Positions 1 through 12,007 of a stretch of DNA of 63,146 bases are shown here, piece by piece. Position numbers and translations under genes: made by a program. Each line of letters begins with the position of its first letter. The stretch's first letter is position 1. The stretch spans positions 558,001 through 621,146 of the forward strand of contig JBEUKZ010000107.1 in NCBI GenBank assembly GCA_048128005.1, in the 5' to 3' direction. The notes beneath the pieces are model-generated. The model was not told the DNA's origin. It worked only from the letters and a program-made list of their open reading frames with translations, and did not search any database. The DNA comes from Veleropilina oligotropha (lineage: Eukaryota).

Positions 1-45
1 CCTACAAAAAGGCGACATTTGTGCCATTAACCTGGTAGGAAATAG
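1..45 (+). CDS. EIF2D: eIF2D coding exon, 5'-truncated by the window edge (PUA region, LQKGDICAINLVGNR)
   Basis: Translation resembles the eIF2D PUA segment as I recall it (QKGDLCAISLVGNR). Donor AG|gtatct is phase 2 and fits the next exon. Confidence 0.9.
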
Positions 46-1117
46 GTATCTGAATGGAATTTTCTCATTAATCTCAGTATTAATTATTGTTTTCAACAAT
101 TATCTGTTTATAATGCTGGAATTTAAGAACGAAACGGATGAATAATTTAGACAGAAGCACTAGAGATCTCAATTTTGTTCGATTATAATTGCATGGTTGT
201 ATCTGCTATTTTAGAAATTCAGGGAAGGTAATCGAGGAATATTATGGTTATGAATCATTCTTCAATAATATAATATTTAACATTAAAATTTTAATGTTGA
301 CACATACTTTAGATAAACAATTTAAAGTTTGTTTGTGCTGATTGTGCATTATGTAACTTTAAAAATTATAGCACAAAAATAATGATTTCTATGATTGTGT
401 CCAAACCTCAAATTGTTGAATTTTAATAAGTAGCAGTAAGTAAAATTATTTTGTAAACAAATTTTATGATTTGACTAATAAATAGCATAAATTTGATTTA
501 TAACAAGCTAAGCTGCGAATCCAGACATTAATGCCCTTTAATATATTTGCAAGCATAATGATTATATAATGTTATTTATGTATTAGTTGCAAATATACTC
601 GACGTCATTACCTATGCCATAATAGCCCTATCCGGAAACTGTGAAAAAGCTTTTCACTTTCATAAATGAATACACGCTTACCTCCCCTGCTCACCTTCAA
701 CGTTCCTCTCACGAGACCTGCCCAAGTCTCGCGAGATCTCCGAGGCCGAGCATGCCAATTTTAAGTCTTCCGAAAATCCGTACAGATGTGCTTGTTTTCT
801 GTCCTTCAGACGACTTATTTAAACACATATAGTGGACGATAAAGTCTATCTTTTCGCACTAGACAGTGCAGGATTATATATATATAATCGGTGTTTAGCC
901 ATTCTGTGTTTTGGAAGTACTGCGTGACCGTTGTGATAAAATTGCGGACCACGAGACTTCACTCCGTTGACGCCGCCATATTGGATATTAAGTGATCTAA
1001 AGAGGCTGCTCAGGAGGGAAAAGTTCTTTAAGCAGGAGAGCTTCGTGTTTACACAAACCTTTCAGAGGAAGAAGTCTTTTTGTGTAATATTAATTGATTG
1101 CTGTTTTAATTCATATA

Positions 1118-2320
1118 CAGTGGATTCCACTTAATTGCATAACGCTTAATTGCATATTTCGGATATTTGCATAAAATCTGCAGGAACAGAATAGTTTACT
1201 ATTATTATCATATGCAAATAATCGCTTAATTGCATGCATAATTACCGGATTTTCGCTTATTTGCATAAGAAATTTTTGACTGCACAATACATAATTGATA
1301 TTAACATCGTTAAATTGATCAAAATACTTGCGTATTTGCTGGTATGTCTTGCTACGCCATCGTAAAGATGTTTATTCAACAGTAACATTCGAAGTTTAAC
1401 CATTTTTTCAACCTCGTGGGTTTCAAAATAATTTTTACTTCCGTAAAAAGTCGGAACTGAAAGTTCGATAAACATCGTTTCAGTGTATAAATGTTACGGA
1501 AATGAACGATGTCAATCGGGGATATTATGGGATGGCACACATCGATCGATAATCGGATTAAAATCTATTGTCAAAGTCCAAATGACAGACTTTTGGGTTT
1601 ATCTGAAAGCAAAATCAAACATTAGGCTTACGAATCAATGTATAAGGTGCCGTTACATGTATTCATTTGAACATCACTTAGTTCGCCGATAAATAACAAT
1701 TATAAGACAACAACACTACGTTTCTTTTGTAACAAAATTAAAAATTATCTCCCATGATTTGGTTTCGTAGCATCGCCGTTGAGAACTACGGTGATTTAAT
1801 TATTATTTTAATTTATATATGAAGACAACGTCTTATAAGTTTTTTTATATCATATCATAATATACTGGACTAATTAAATATCGCTAGAAATAATTATTCA
1901 ATAATTGTAAAAACAAATCGATTCGAGATTAAAACATAGGTCTAAATTTTCAACATGGCGGCCGATAACGCGACACGTGTTCAGCAGAAGAGAAACATTC
2001 AGAATATGAAATTCCACACCCTAGTAAACTATATATCAATTCTACTGAAACAGGTCAGAATAACCACAAAATATTGTGTATACAATCCGTATTCATGGAA
2101 AGAAAAATACATTACGCAAATTCTCATTTGCAAATAAATGTATTACCAGGACATATATTTATAATAATAAAGAACCATTTAAATACAAGTAGGCTAATTA
2201 TCATGGGTGAGATTTCCCGCGAAAAATTTGCCGAAATTTACGTAACGGTTAAACGCATAATTCGCTTATTTGCATAAATAATCGCGACAATCTCGGTATG
2301 CAAATAAGCGGAATCCACTG
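1118..2320. mobile_element. Non-autonomous Tc1/mariner-pogo (Tigger-like) MITE inserted in the 5' leader of DIRS copy A
   Basis: TIRs CAGTGGATTCC(A/G)CTTA.TTGCATA, TA duplicated on both sides, absent from the homologous site in copy B, no transposase ORF. Confidence 0.88.
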
Positions 2321-2806
2321 TATATATTAAATAATTCCTTAGCGACGTATCTTGCTTAAATTCTTAGTAACTTTGTTCAATCGTATTTAGCGTCGCTAAC
2401 AAGGCAGATATTTAGGTATTAACGTGCGTTATTTGGTCTATCTGCCGAATCTGGGATATTTCGCCTTTAATAGTCTTGAGAACGTATTGAAATCAACATC
2501 CACGAGGTTTTCAGGTGTTTTTTGTAGGGTGGCTTATCTATATATAGCCTCCTGCATTCAATTTGTTAGTGGTCGACTAGCCGATTTAATAAAGCTTATA
2601 CGTTGGACTTGGTGTCTATTCTAGTCGAGGTACTTGTTCTGTATATTAATAACAAGTCGCAGGTTGATATCCGGTCTTATCCTTATACTTCGGATTAGAG
2701 ACTCCTATATTTAAGGTGTAGTAGTTGATATCACGTGAAACGTACTACCCGGATATCCCTTAAAATTCCCTATCACCTACTCCCTATCCTACCCGTGTGA
2801 TCAGCC

Positions 2807-4916
2807 ATGGTTCGCTGCAGCAACCCGGAGTGTAACCAAAAGATTCACAGCTTCGACAAACATACGGTATGTCGCATACACCGTAACTGTAGCGCAAAAT
2901 ACCCCTGTAAGTATTGTCTAGCTTTAACGGATAGGCAGTGGGCACTCATCTACCCACCCGAAAAGACTACCAGGGAGTCCGACTCGGCTGGGCATCCCCC
3001 GGAGGAACAGAAGAAGTCTAATTCAGGGTTTATTTCTGATTCGTCTGTTTCAGGGACACTAAGCGACACGCGAACTGGGGAATCACATGTCGCAGAACCT
3101 CGCCGGCGTCCCAGATTCTGGATAAGGTAAGAGGAGCCAGAGTGCAGTCCGACTACTCGAACCTCGGGCCAAGTAGCTGCGTCCAGCAGTACCTTGTCGC
3201 TTATCAAGGTACATCGGACCTTACAGCGAATGGCTGAACAGGGCAGGCGGTCCCCTTCCTCTCCTCCGTCCTTGGAGGAGCAGGGGACGGCTAGTCCTTC
3301 TGCAAGAAGCTCTATGTCAAGCAGCAGATGGCAGAGAAAGCTGGAGCAGTTGCCGGACACCACCAAGGTGGTTTAAGATCCGGACCCCCAGCGCAACCCT
3401 ACTCACTGGCCGATAGTGCGATCGACCCTCTCCAGGGTTCGTCCTTACACCTCGGAGCTCACAGTCTTGTCGGAGGGCCCGTGAACTCCCTTGTCCCCCT
3501 TGGGTTCAGACTAGTTGGTGTGGACGGACCGGCTGCGTTCGGGATGGGCACGCATGCGGGAATTTCCCGCGTCTACCCACCGAACAGAGTGGCGACCTTC
3601 ACGAGACTGGCCGCATTCTTTCGGATCTCGAGCTCCGGTTATCCTTGCCTCTGGGCCAGTTCTCTGGTAGCAACTGCTCGGCAGGCGATGCGAGACCCAG
3701 GTTCTCGTATCAACCTAGCCCAGCATCCCATCTACCATATGCCACGGTAACCTCGAGCGATCCGTTGGCTGTTGGATCGACGCCCGTCATGCCTGCTGGT
3801 CTCTCTCTGGAGAGCATCCAGGCAATGATTGCGGCGGAATTTGAGGTCCACAGTAGGGCCTGGCTTCCGACTGCCCAGCCACTCCAGGTCCCTGCTCCTC
3901 TGTCCCTGGCGCAGAGCACGGCTCCTGCCTCGGTGATGGAGGTCGACCCTCGTTCTGACGAGGACATCCCTCCGATCGCTCCGATCTCCTTGAATCGGTC
4001 GGTCCCGATGACTTTCATAGTCAATCAGGCATGCAGGAGCCGATCTCCACCACCCACCGAAGATACGACGCGGTCGCGGGGTGTTTAGATCTACCCGGCC
4101 CGGCCGGTAGGTACGGTCAAACACAGGACGGCAGCACATCGATTTGCTGAGTCTGAAGCTCCCCAGCTTCCTGTACTCCCCCAGTCTGGCTTGGTGGATC
4201 TGGTCCTTGATCAGACCACCCGGGCCATTCGGGGAGGCAAGACAGTTGAGACGTCTTCTCTCACGGAGTTCCCTAGGGACCTCCATAGAGGAAGATACCT
4301 CCGACCTAGTAAGTGGTCTTGACTGATCGCCCTTTGTGTGCCATGCCTGGTGGCTGAGCCGGCACAGATTGTCTCTCCGCCAGCCAATCTCCCTCGGTAG
4401 TGAAAGTGCCATGGATGCCTTAGAGAGCTCTGTCCGATGGGCTCTGCGGCTGTCTTCCGTACATGACTCGTTCCTGGACGGTGCGATAGCCGTTCTACAG
4501 GAGGACGGACCCGGCGCTCGCGAGACCGCCCAGTCTTTCCTCCACGAGGTTGCTGCTGCCATGGAGAGCAACGCGTTGGAGTCTGCGCGTGTCCTAGGCA
4601 ACACACTCCTACTTACGTCTGCCTCGAGGGAATATCTTTAGAGGACACCACCCGGCGTTCTCTGCGATGTGCGCCCTTGTCGGCCTCGACTCTCTTTGGA
4701 GGCAAGTTCGCTGAATTCGTCGACAAGAGAGCCGTAGAGCTGAAGGATCGTGTGATTGAGCGAGCAGTGTTGACCACCCCTCGGGGTACTCCTCCTGCTC
4801 CCTCAAGGAAGCGCTCGGCCCCGTCCCAGGGTCCGAAACATTCCAAGCGAGCCAAACCTTCTCGGGGTGGGCCTCCGGCCCGCAAATCAAACGAGAAGAA
4901 AGGCCTTCCAACCTAA
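2807..4916 (+). pseudogene. DIRS copy A ORF1 (gag-like), disrupted by stops and frameshifts
   Basis: N-terminal Cys/His cluster MVRCSNPEC..DKHTVC..H..C..C..C; fragments are homologous to copy B ORF1. Confidence 0.85.
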
Positions 4917-4959
4917 TCTCGTCAGAGCGGGAGAGGGAACCCATCATGGCCCTACGGTT

Positions 4960-5795
4960 GCCGGCACTGGGAGCATGTCTGTTAACCTACAGCCAGACGT
5001 GGCTGGAGCTGACAGACAGCAGCTGGGTCCACTCAGTTGTGATGCTGGATACAAGTTGGCATTCAACCGGCATCCAACCCTAACCGTGACACCACCACCA
5101 AGATGCGCTCGCCTCCTCCACGGAGAGAAGCAGGCAGTGCAGGACTTACTCCTGAAAGGAGCCATCTATCCTGCGCCGCCCAGCACACCAGGATTTTACA
5201 ACCATTTCGTCCTGGTCCCGAAACCCGATGGCTCCTGGAGACCGATCCTCGATCTCTCGCACCTCAACCGCTATTTATGTACCGAGAAGTTCCAGCAAGA
5301 AACACTCTTGAAGGTACGAGCGGCCATCTGTCCGGGCGACTGGGCAGCGTCTATCGACCTGACAGATGCGTACTTACACGTTCCGATACATGTCTCGGAT
5401 CATCAGTACCTCAGGTTTATGCCAGGGAGACGATCTACCAATTCGTTCGGTCTATCGTCAGCCCCCTACGTCTTCACGAGAACAGTACAGGCCCTCGGGG
5501 GCTTCCTACACTCTCGCGTGCACAGGGTACATATGTACCTCGACGACTGGCTGATCCTCGGGGTCCCGAGATCGGTGCCTCCAGTCTACGAGCTTTACCC
5601 TGTCATCGGCGAAGCGCCTCGGATTTCAGCTCAACGAGACAAAATCCTGCTTCGTGCCCTCGACAACTTTATGTTTCTCGGAGTCATCTTCGACACGGTC
5701 CGGTACACCGCGAAGCCGACCGAGAAACGTATTGAGAACCTACGCGCAGTTATCCAGGACACGAGGTCATCGGGGATAGCCACGGCGCGACAACT
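4960..5795 (+). pseudogene. DIRS copy A reverse transcriptase, truncated
   Basis: VPKPDGSWRPILDL, SIDLTDAYLHVP, FGLSSAP and YLDD motifs, with small deletions. Confidence 0.9.
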
Positions 5796-6434
5796 TAGAA
5801 AAAATTGTCATATCTGAGTTTACATGACACATGCCAACTCACATTGAATTTAAACATTTATAATTCTAAATCTGGAAATGTTTTTTAGATGATGATATTA
5901 TTGAAGTTCATTTTGCTGTTATGAGCTTATGGTGTTGCGACATTGAAAAAAATTAATATTGTTCATCTTTATATTTTCTTTAAGTAACATGGGGACATGT
6001 TTGCATTTCGCTATTTGGTCAAGCGAATTTATTATTAATATGGAATATAATATATACGTGTATATATTACTTTTATCTATTAATAATGGCATAACTAGTT
6101 ACATTGAATTTCTCAACCTTTTTAGGTGCTGTATATTTGTCGCAAGTTGACTGCATCTGTTGGTTACCGATAGCTAAGACCTACAGGATTTATCCTCCGG
6201 CCTTGCCTGGGGCTGATTGCACTTTCGCGTCATCTTGTCTGACTAACACTTCTGGCATTTTTTCCCAGGTTCATTGGTCAAAATTCAGTCGGAGTTAAGG
6301 GTAGAATTATAATACTCAGTAATTCCATCCTGAGCGGATGCGAATCTGCACTACAAGCTGACTTCATGGTGACAAGTAAGTAACTTGTTTGGGTATTAAT
6401 TTCTTTAGAACTTAGCCCACCTCCAAGTTGATTC

Positions 6435-6525
6435 TGGCATAGGTAATGACGTAGAGTATATTTGCAACTAATTAGAATGTTTCCAAGTAAACCTAGTATT
6501 AGTTAAAATATACTTACGTCATTAC
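6435..6525 (+). repeat. DIRS copy A internal complementary region (ICR)
   Basis: First half is the reverse complement of the left LTR start; second half is the reverse complement of the right terminus. Confidence 0.9.
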
Positions 6526-6798
6526 ACGTCTACCCACCCTGCTCATTCCATTCGCTTCCAACCCCTCTTGCTAAGTTCCTCTACGAACTGTAGATTGCTC
6601 TGACTTAAAATTGGCATGCTCGGCTTCGGTCTCTGAGATCTCGCGTGACTTGGGCAGGTCTCGTGAGAGGAACATTGAAGAGAGTGAGCAGGGAAGGTAA
6701 GCGTGCATAAATTTATGTAAGTGAAACGCTTTTTCACAGTTTCCGGATTAGCAATAATAGGGATTATTATGGCATAGGTAATGGCGTAAGTATATTTG

Positions 6799-6893
6799 AA
6801 CTAATACTAGGTTTACTTGGAAACCTTCCTATTATTATGACTTATAATAAGTCATATTAATAAGAAGGTTTCCAAGTAAACCTAGTATTAGTT
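6799..6893. repeat. About 95-bp near-perfect palindrome at the right terminus of DIRS copy A
   Basis: aactaatactaggtttacttggaaaccttcctattattatgacttat-a-ataagtcatattaataagaaggtttccaagtaaacctagtattagtt. Confidence 0.9.
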
Positions 6894-8360
6894 AGTTATG
6901 GTATCAGTTATTGATGAATACATGTTCATTACCTTCGCCCACGTAGTGGTGGGAGAAGGTATTGCAATCTGGTCGGTTTGTCTGTTAGTCTGTCTGTCTG
7001 TTTGTCCGTCCGTGAGCATATCTCAACAACCATGGATCCGATTTACTGAATTTTTGTAAACGAGATAGGGTCCACCATACGCTCAGTCCTCAAAGATGAT
7101 CCGAGTCGGAAAGCGGATTTGGATTTTATGACGCAATTTCAGTTATGCGGATTATCTGTCCGCAGGCATATCTCAACATTTTTTCACACACGATATGACC
7201 CACCCTAAGTTCGGTCCTCTTCAAAGATGATCGAAATCGGACAGCGGATCCGTATTTTATGATCCAATTTCCAGATTTTCAGCTATATTTTAACGACCAG
7301 TGAACCGATTTATCCACTTTTTTGACACAAGATAGCACCTGGGATCGGCCTGGCGATCGCCACTGTCGCCATTTGCGCATTTAAAAAAAAAGTGGCGACA
7401 AAATTTCAAATCTGGCGATTTTTTTGGCCGACAAAAAAGTGGCCCCAAATGTAGTTGCAATATCAAGATGTAGTTACAAACTTACTTACGTCCTTACACT
7501 TGCCATAATAGTCATATTATCGCTAACCGGAAACAGTGAATAATGTCACATTTTATGCACTATTAAGTCAAAACACTACGATTACCTCCCCTGCTCCCCC
7601 TCTCTAAGTTCCCCCGGCGAGATCTCGCCAAGTCTCGCGAGATGTCCGAGCTCAATGTCACAAGGCCTCAATTCAAAGTTTTCCGCCATATTGGAAGAAC
7701 GTGTTTTTTGATTTGCTCCGCAAAATTAATTCAATCTCGATTTACAAGTTAAATCTGTAGAAAAAGCCTTATAACAACAAGGTTATAAGCATTGGATTAC
7801 CCTGTGGGATAAACAAACATCAGTGAAGAGAAGATTAAATCTAGTGCTACTTCAAGGAAGTTGTGAGAGATTGTGAAATCGACATCGCCGCCGTTGCCGA
7901 TAAAAGCAAGGGCCGCTCAGAGGGGAAGTTTCGTTTGTAAAAGAAATTTCTGGTCGGTATAATATCTGATATTGTTTGAGACTTCAAAAAAAAAAAGATA
8001 ACTCATTATATTAGATATTCCTTAACGACGTTTATTGCTGGTAATTATTGTTTAAATATTTAGCGTCGTTTAGACATCAACGTTAGTTATTCTTATATCC
8101 TGCCGTTACTGGGATAATACGCCACCGTACTAACTTTAAAAACATCCACGAGGTTTTCTGGTATTTTCTTAGTCTATTGCCGGGTTTTATTAACCGGCTT
8201 CGGTGTTCCCAGCTCGGGGTTATTTTGCGGTATATCGCCTGATCTCCGATCTTCAGATTAGGTGCAATCTAAAGGGTTGTAGTAGTAAAGTCACAACTAC
8301 CAAACATATACTTTTTTAACTACCCCGTCCACCCACTATCACCCTCCCGTGTATTCAGCT

Positions 8361-11300
8361 ATGGTCCGGTGCAGCAACTCCGGGTGTAACCAGAAGATTC
8401 ACGGATTTGATAGGCACACGGAATGCCATGTTCACCGTAACTGCAGTAAGTCATATCAATGTGAACTGTACCTAGTTTTAACAGAGAGGCAGTGGGCGAT
8501 TATTTTTCCACCGGTGAAGCCGACCAGGGCGGCTGCCACGGTGGGTCCTCCCCCGGAGAAGGGACAAGAAAATGGTAGGTTAAGGGATAACGTTTCTTTG
8601 TCTGCTTCAGGGACGCTGGACGACAGTCGACCAAGGGTACCGTCTGTCGCCGGATCTACCGGCGAAACCTCCGCGACTCATGGGGGAGTCGCCGAAACCT
8701 TGCCGGGACCCCAGACTCAGGTAGGAGCCCGAGAGCTGTCCGATCCTCCTCAAATGGGCCTAGTAACTGCAGCCAACCATACCTTGCCGGCTAGCAAGGT
8801 ATATCTGGCAGCGCAGCGAACCACTGAACAGGGCAGACATTCCCCATCCTATTCTTCGGCCTCGAAGAATACGGGGAACGTTAGTCCTTCTGCGGGAAAC
8901 TCTCCGCTTAGCGGCGGAAAGCAACCCAATGAGAAAGCCAATAAAGAGGCCGGACACAATTACGATGGTCTAAGATCCGGACAATTGGCGACACCTGAAC
9001 GCTCGTCCGAGACCGATGTGACTAACCCTTGGGTTTTTCCGCTCAACCTCGGAGCTCACGACTGTTTCAGAGGTCCCGTTATCTCCCGTGCACCCACAGC
9101 GGCAAAGCTAGATAACGAGGACGGACCGGTTGCGTTCGGACAGGTTTTACGGTGACCCGACCGTGCCTCGCTCGAACAGAGTGGTAGACCAGTACGGACT
9201 GTGGCCGCAGTCCTACAGGTCGCCCGTCCCACTGAATGCGCCTTCGGTCCATTCCTTCGGGAACGACCGCTCGACGGGTGACCCGAGACCCTGGTTCTCG
9301 GCTCCACCTGTCCGTGCAGCCCGTCAACCTTGCGCCACGGTGACTTCGACCGAACTACCGGCTGTTAGTTCGACGCCCGTCATGCCTCCAGGTTTCTTGT
9401 ACGAGAATTTCCAGGCTATGTTCGCGGCGGAGTTCGAGTCCCGATGTAAGGCCTGGCAACCGGCTTCCCAGCCGCTCCAGTTCCCTGCACCTCTGCCCGT
9501 GGCGCAGAGCACGGCTCCCGCATCGGTGATGGAGATCGACCCTCGTTCCGACGAGGACCTCATCTTCACTCACTCCGACCTCCCTGAGTCGGTCGGGCCC
9601 GAAGACGCTTGTAGTCTCTCAGGCACGCAGGAGCCGATCTCCACCACCCGCCGAAGGCTAGACGCCGTTGCGTCACTTCGCGGGGTGCTTGGTCCGCTGG
9701 AACCGACTCGGTCGGATGTAGGCCTGATCAAGCACAGGACGGCGGCACATCGGTTTGTTGAGAGGGAAGCCCCCTTGCTTCCTTCCTTATCTCAGTCTGG
9801 GCTGGTTGATCTAGTGGTCGACTCGACAACCAAGCTCAAAATCAATAGTACAAATACAAAATATAATTAATAGCGATCTATACGCTCTATCAAATTGGTC
9901 AAATAAATGGCTTGTTACATTTAATCCATCAAAAACAGAAGCTATGCTCATAACAAACACCCCTTGTCACACCATTAACCTATCTCTAAACAATAACCCA
10001 ATCAAATTCGTAACTTGTCACAAACATTTAGGGCTGACATTTGCATCGGATGCAAAATGGGCAACGCACATTGAAAATATAATCCAATCTATTACCAAAA
10101 AAATATCTGCAATGCGGAGACTCAAATTTATTTTAAATAAGGACAAACTGCTACAAATCTATAAATCATATATACGTCCTCATTTTGAATATGCTGTTTA
10201 GGTATGGTGCAATCTATCGATAACAGATGCTAATCTTGTTCAAAATGAAGCAATGCTCACAATCACGGGTCTACCACGACATGCGACCATCGCATCATTG
10301 TACAGAGAAACAGGACTGGACGATCTTGGGTTTAGACGTAAAAACATTAAACTTAATACTATATATAAAATTATCAATGCTAAAGCACCAGACTATTTGA
10401 TACAATTACTCCCACAACGGGTCTCAAATATCACTAACTACCAACTTAGAAATTGTCAAGATTTGTCGCCCTTATCATGTCGCCTTGAAATAAGACGAAA
10501 ATCATTTTTCCCATCAACTGTTGCCCTTTGGAACAGTCTCGACCAAAGGATAAGAGATAAATCGTCACTTGCAGCTTTTAAAAATGCCAATAATTCTGTA
10601 TGTCCGTCTCTATTATGGTACAAATGTACACCATTATCTAGACATTTAGAAATTTTACATATACGAATAAGAAATAGCAACAGCTCGCTTCATGCTGATC
10701 TGTACAACAATCACATTATTGCACGTCCAGATTGCTCGTGTGGCTATATTTATGAAGACGCTACTCATTATTTTTATAATTGTACTACATACTCTACAGA
10801 AAGAAATGAACTTCTGGCTAGTCTGTCAATACTTGGATTAACCAACCCTATCTCAATTAATGTACTCTTATTTGGAAATGCATTAGTACCACATAAAACT
10901 AGTCAACTGTTGTATCGAAACATACATACATTTATTAAACAAACTGATCGATTCATAGAATGCACCCCCGTATAAGTACAATGTTCACTGTTTTAATATA
11001 TTTTCTGATGTTCTTGTAACTAGATAGTTGTGGTCATATTCACCTGTACATAACCATTATATGCATGTAAACGTCCCTCTCGAACAAATCCGTCCTTGCT
11101 GCTATTGTTGCTTGAATATTGATGTAGGGAGAGGGCACCATGATAATGTTGTTATAACTTTTTGCCCGATCCCATTGTTACACCGGACAATAAAATACGT
11201 TTTGAAAAAAAACAAAAAAAACAAGCTCATTCAGGGGCGCAATCCGGTGGAGTCCTCCCCGTTGACGGAGTTCCCTTCGGGGTTCCATAGTGGGAGGTAC

Positions 11301-11992
11301 CTCCGGGCCAGTTCTCGTTCGATCCCGTTCGCATGTACTGGTCCGTGCCTGGCGACTGAGCCGGCTCGTGTTGACGCAGCGATGCGTCGACTGACCGCCA
11401 GTCACACTCCCTCTGTGGCGAAAGTTCCTTGGGCCGCCTTGGAAGCTTTCGAGAGCTCCGCCCGACGGGCTCTGCGGCTGTCGTCCGTTCAGGATTTTTT
11501 CCTAGACGGGGCGATAGCCGTACTACAGGAGGAAGGACCCGGCGCCCGCGAGGCAGCCCTGTCCTTCCTCCAGGAGGTTGCTGCCGTTATGGAGACCAGC
11601 GCGTTGGAGACGGGACGTGTCCTGGGTAACGCTCTCCTACTTCGTAGGGACGCATGCCTGGAAGGCACCTCGCTAGATGAGGCCACCCGGCGCTCATTGC
11701 GATGCGTGCCTTGCTCGGCCACCACTCTATTTGGAGACAATTCCTCGGAATTCGTCGACAAGAGAGCGGCGGACCTGAAGGACCGTGCCATCGAGAAGGC
11801 GGTGCTGCACCCCCCCCCGGTCCACCCGCCGACTCGAGGAAGCGTTCAGGGCCCACCCGGACCCCGAAACCTTCCAAGCGTGCAAGGCCCTCTTCTGGTG
11901 GTAGGCCCCCGGCCAGTAAACCCACACAGAAGAGGCAAGCACCTCCAACGAAATCCCGTCAGAGCGGGAGAGGGAAGCCGCCTCGGCCCTAG
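8361..11992 (+). pseudogene. DIRS copy B ORF1 (gag-like), interrupted by a LINE insertion and two frameshifts
   Basis: Cys/His N-terminus; ORF pieces 8349-9155, 9130-9838, 11230-11815 and the tail to 11992; homologous to copy A. Confidence 0.85.
9839..11221 (+). mobile_element. 5'-truncated CR1-group LINE inserted in DIRS ORF1
   Basis: TSD CAAGCTCA (9831-9838 / 11222-11229), AATAAA and A-rich tail. Remnant ORF2 C-terminus: WLVTFNPSKT, HKHLGL, YKSYIRP.FEY, CSCG..EDATHYFYNC. Confidence 0.92.
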
Positions 11993-12007
11993 GGCTGCCG
12001 GCACACA

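Larger units (their letters stand above)
582..6830 (+). mobile_element. DIRS1-type retrotransposon copy A, degenerate and internally deleted (no RNase H, MT or YR)
   Basis: Inverted LTRs (582-767 vs about 6602-6830), internal complementary region 6435-6525, gag-like and RT remnants. It is colinear with copy B but jumps from RT (about 5795) to the 3' non-coding region. Confidence 0.92.

Noticed and set aside
3732..4604. 290-aa antisense ORF in DIRS copy A
   Set aside because: GC-rich antisense of gag with no recognisable domain and no equivalent continuous ORF in copy B.
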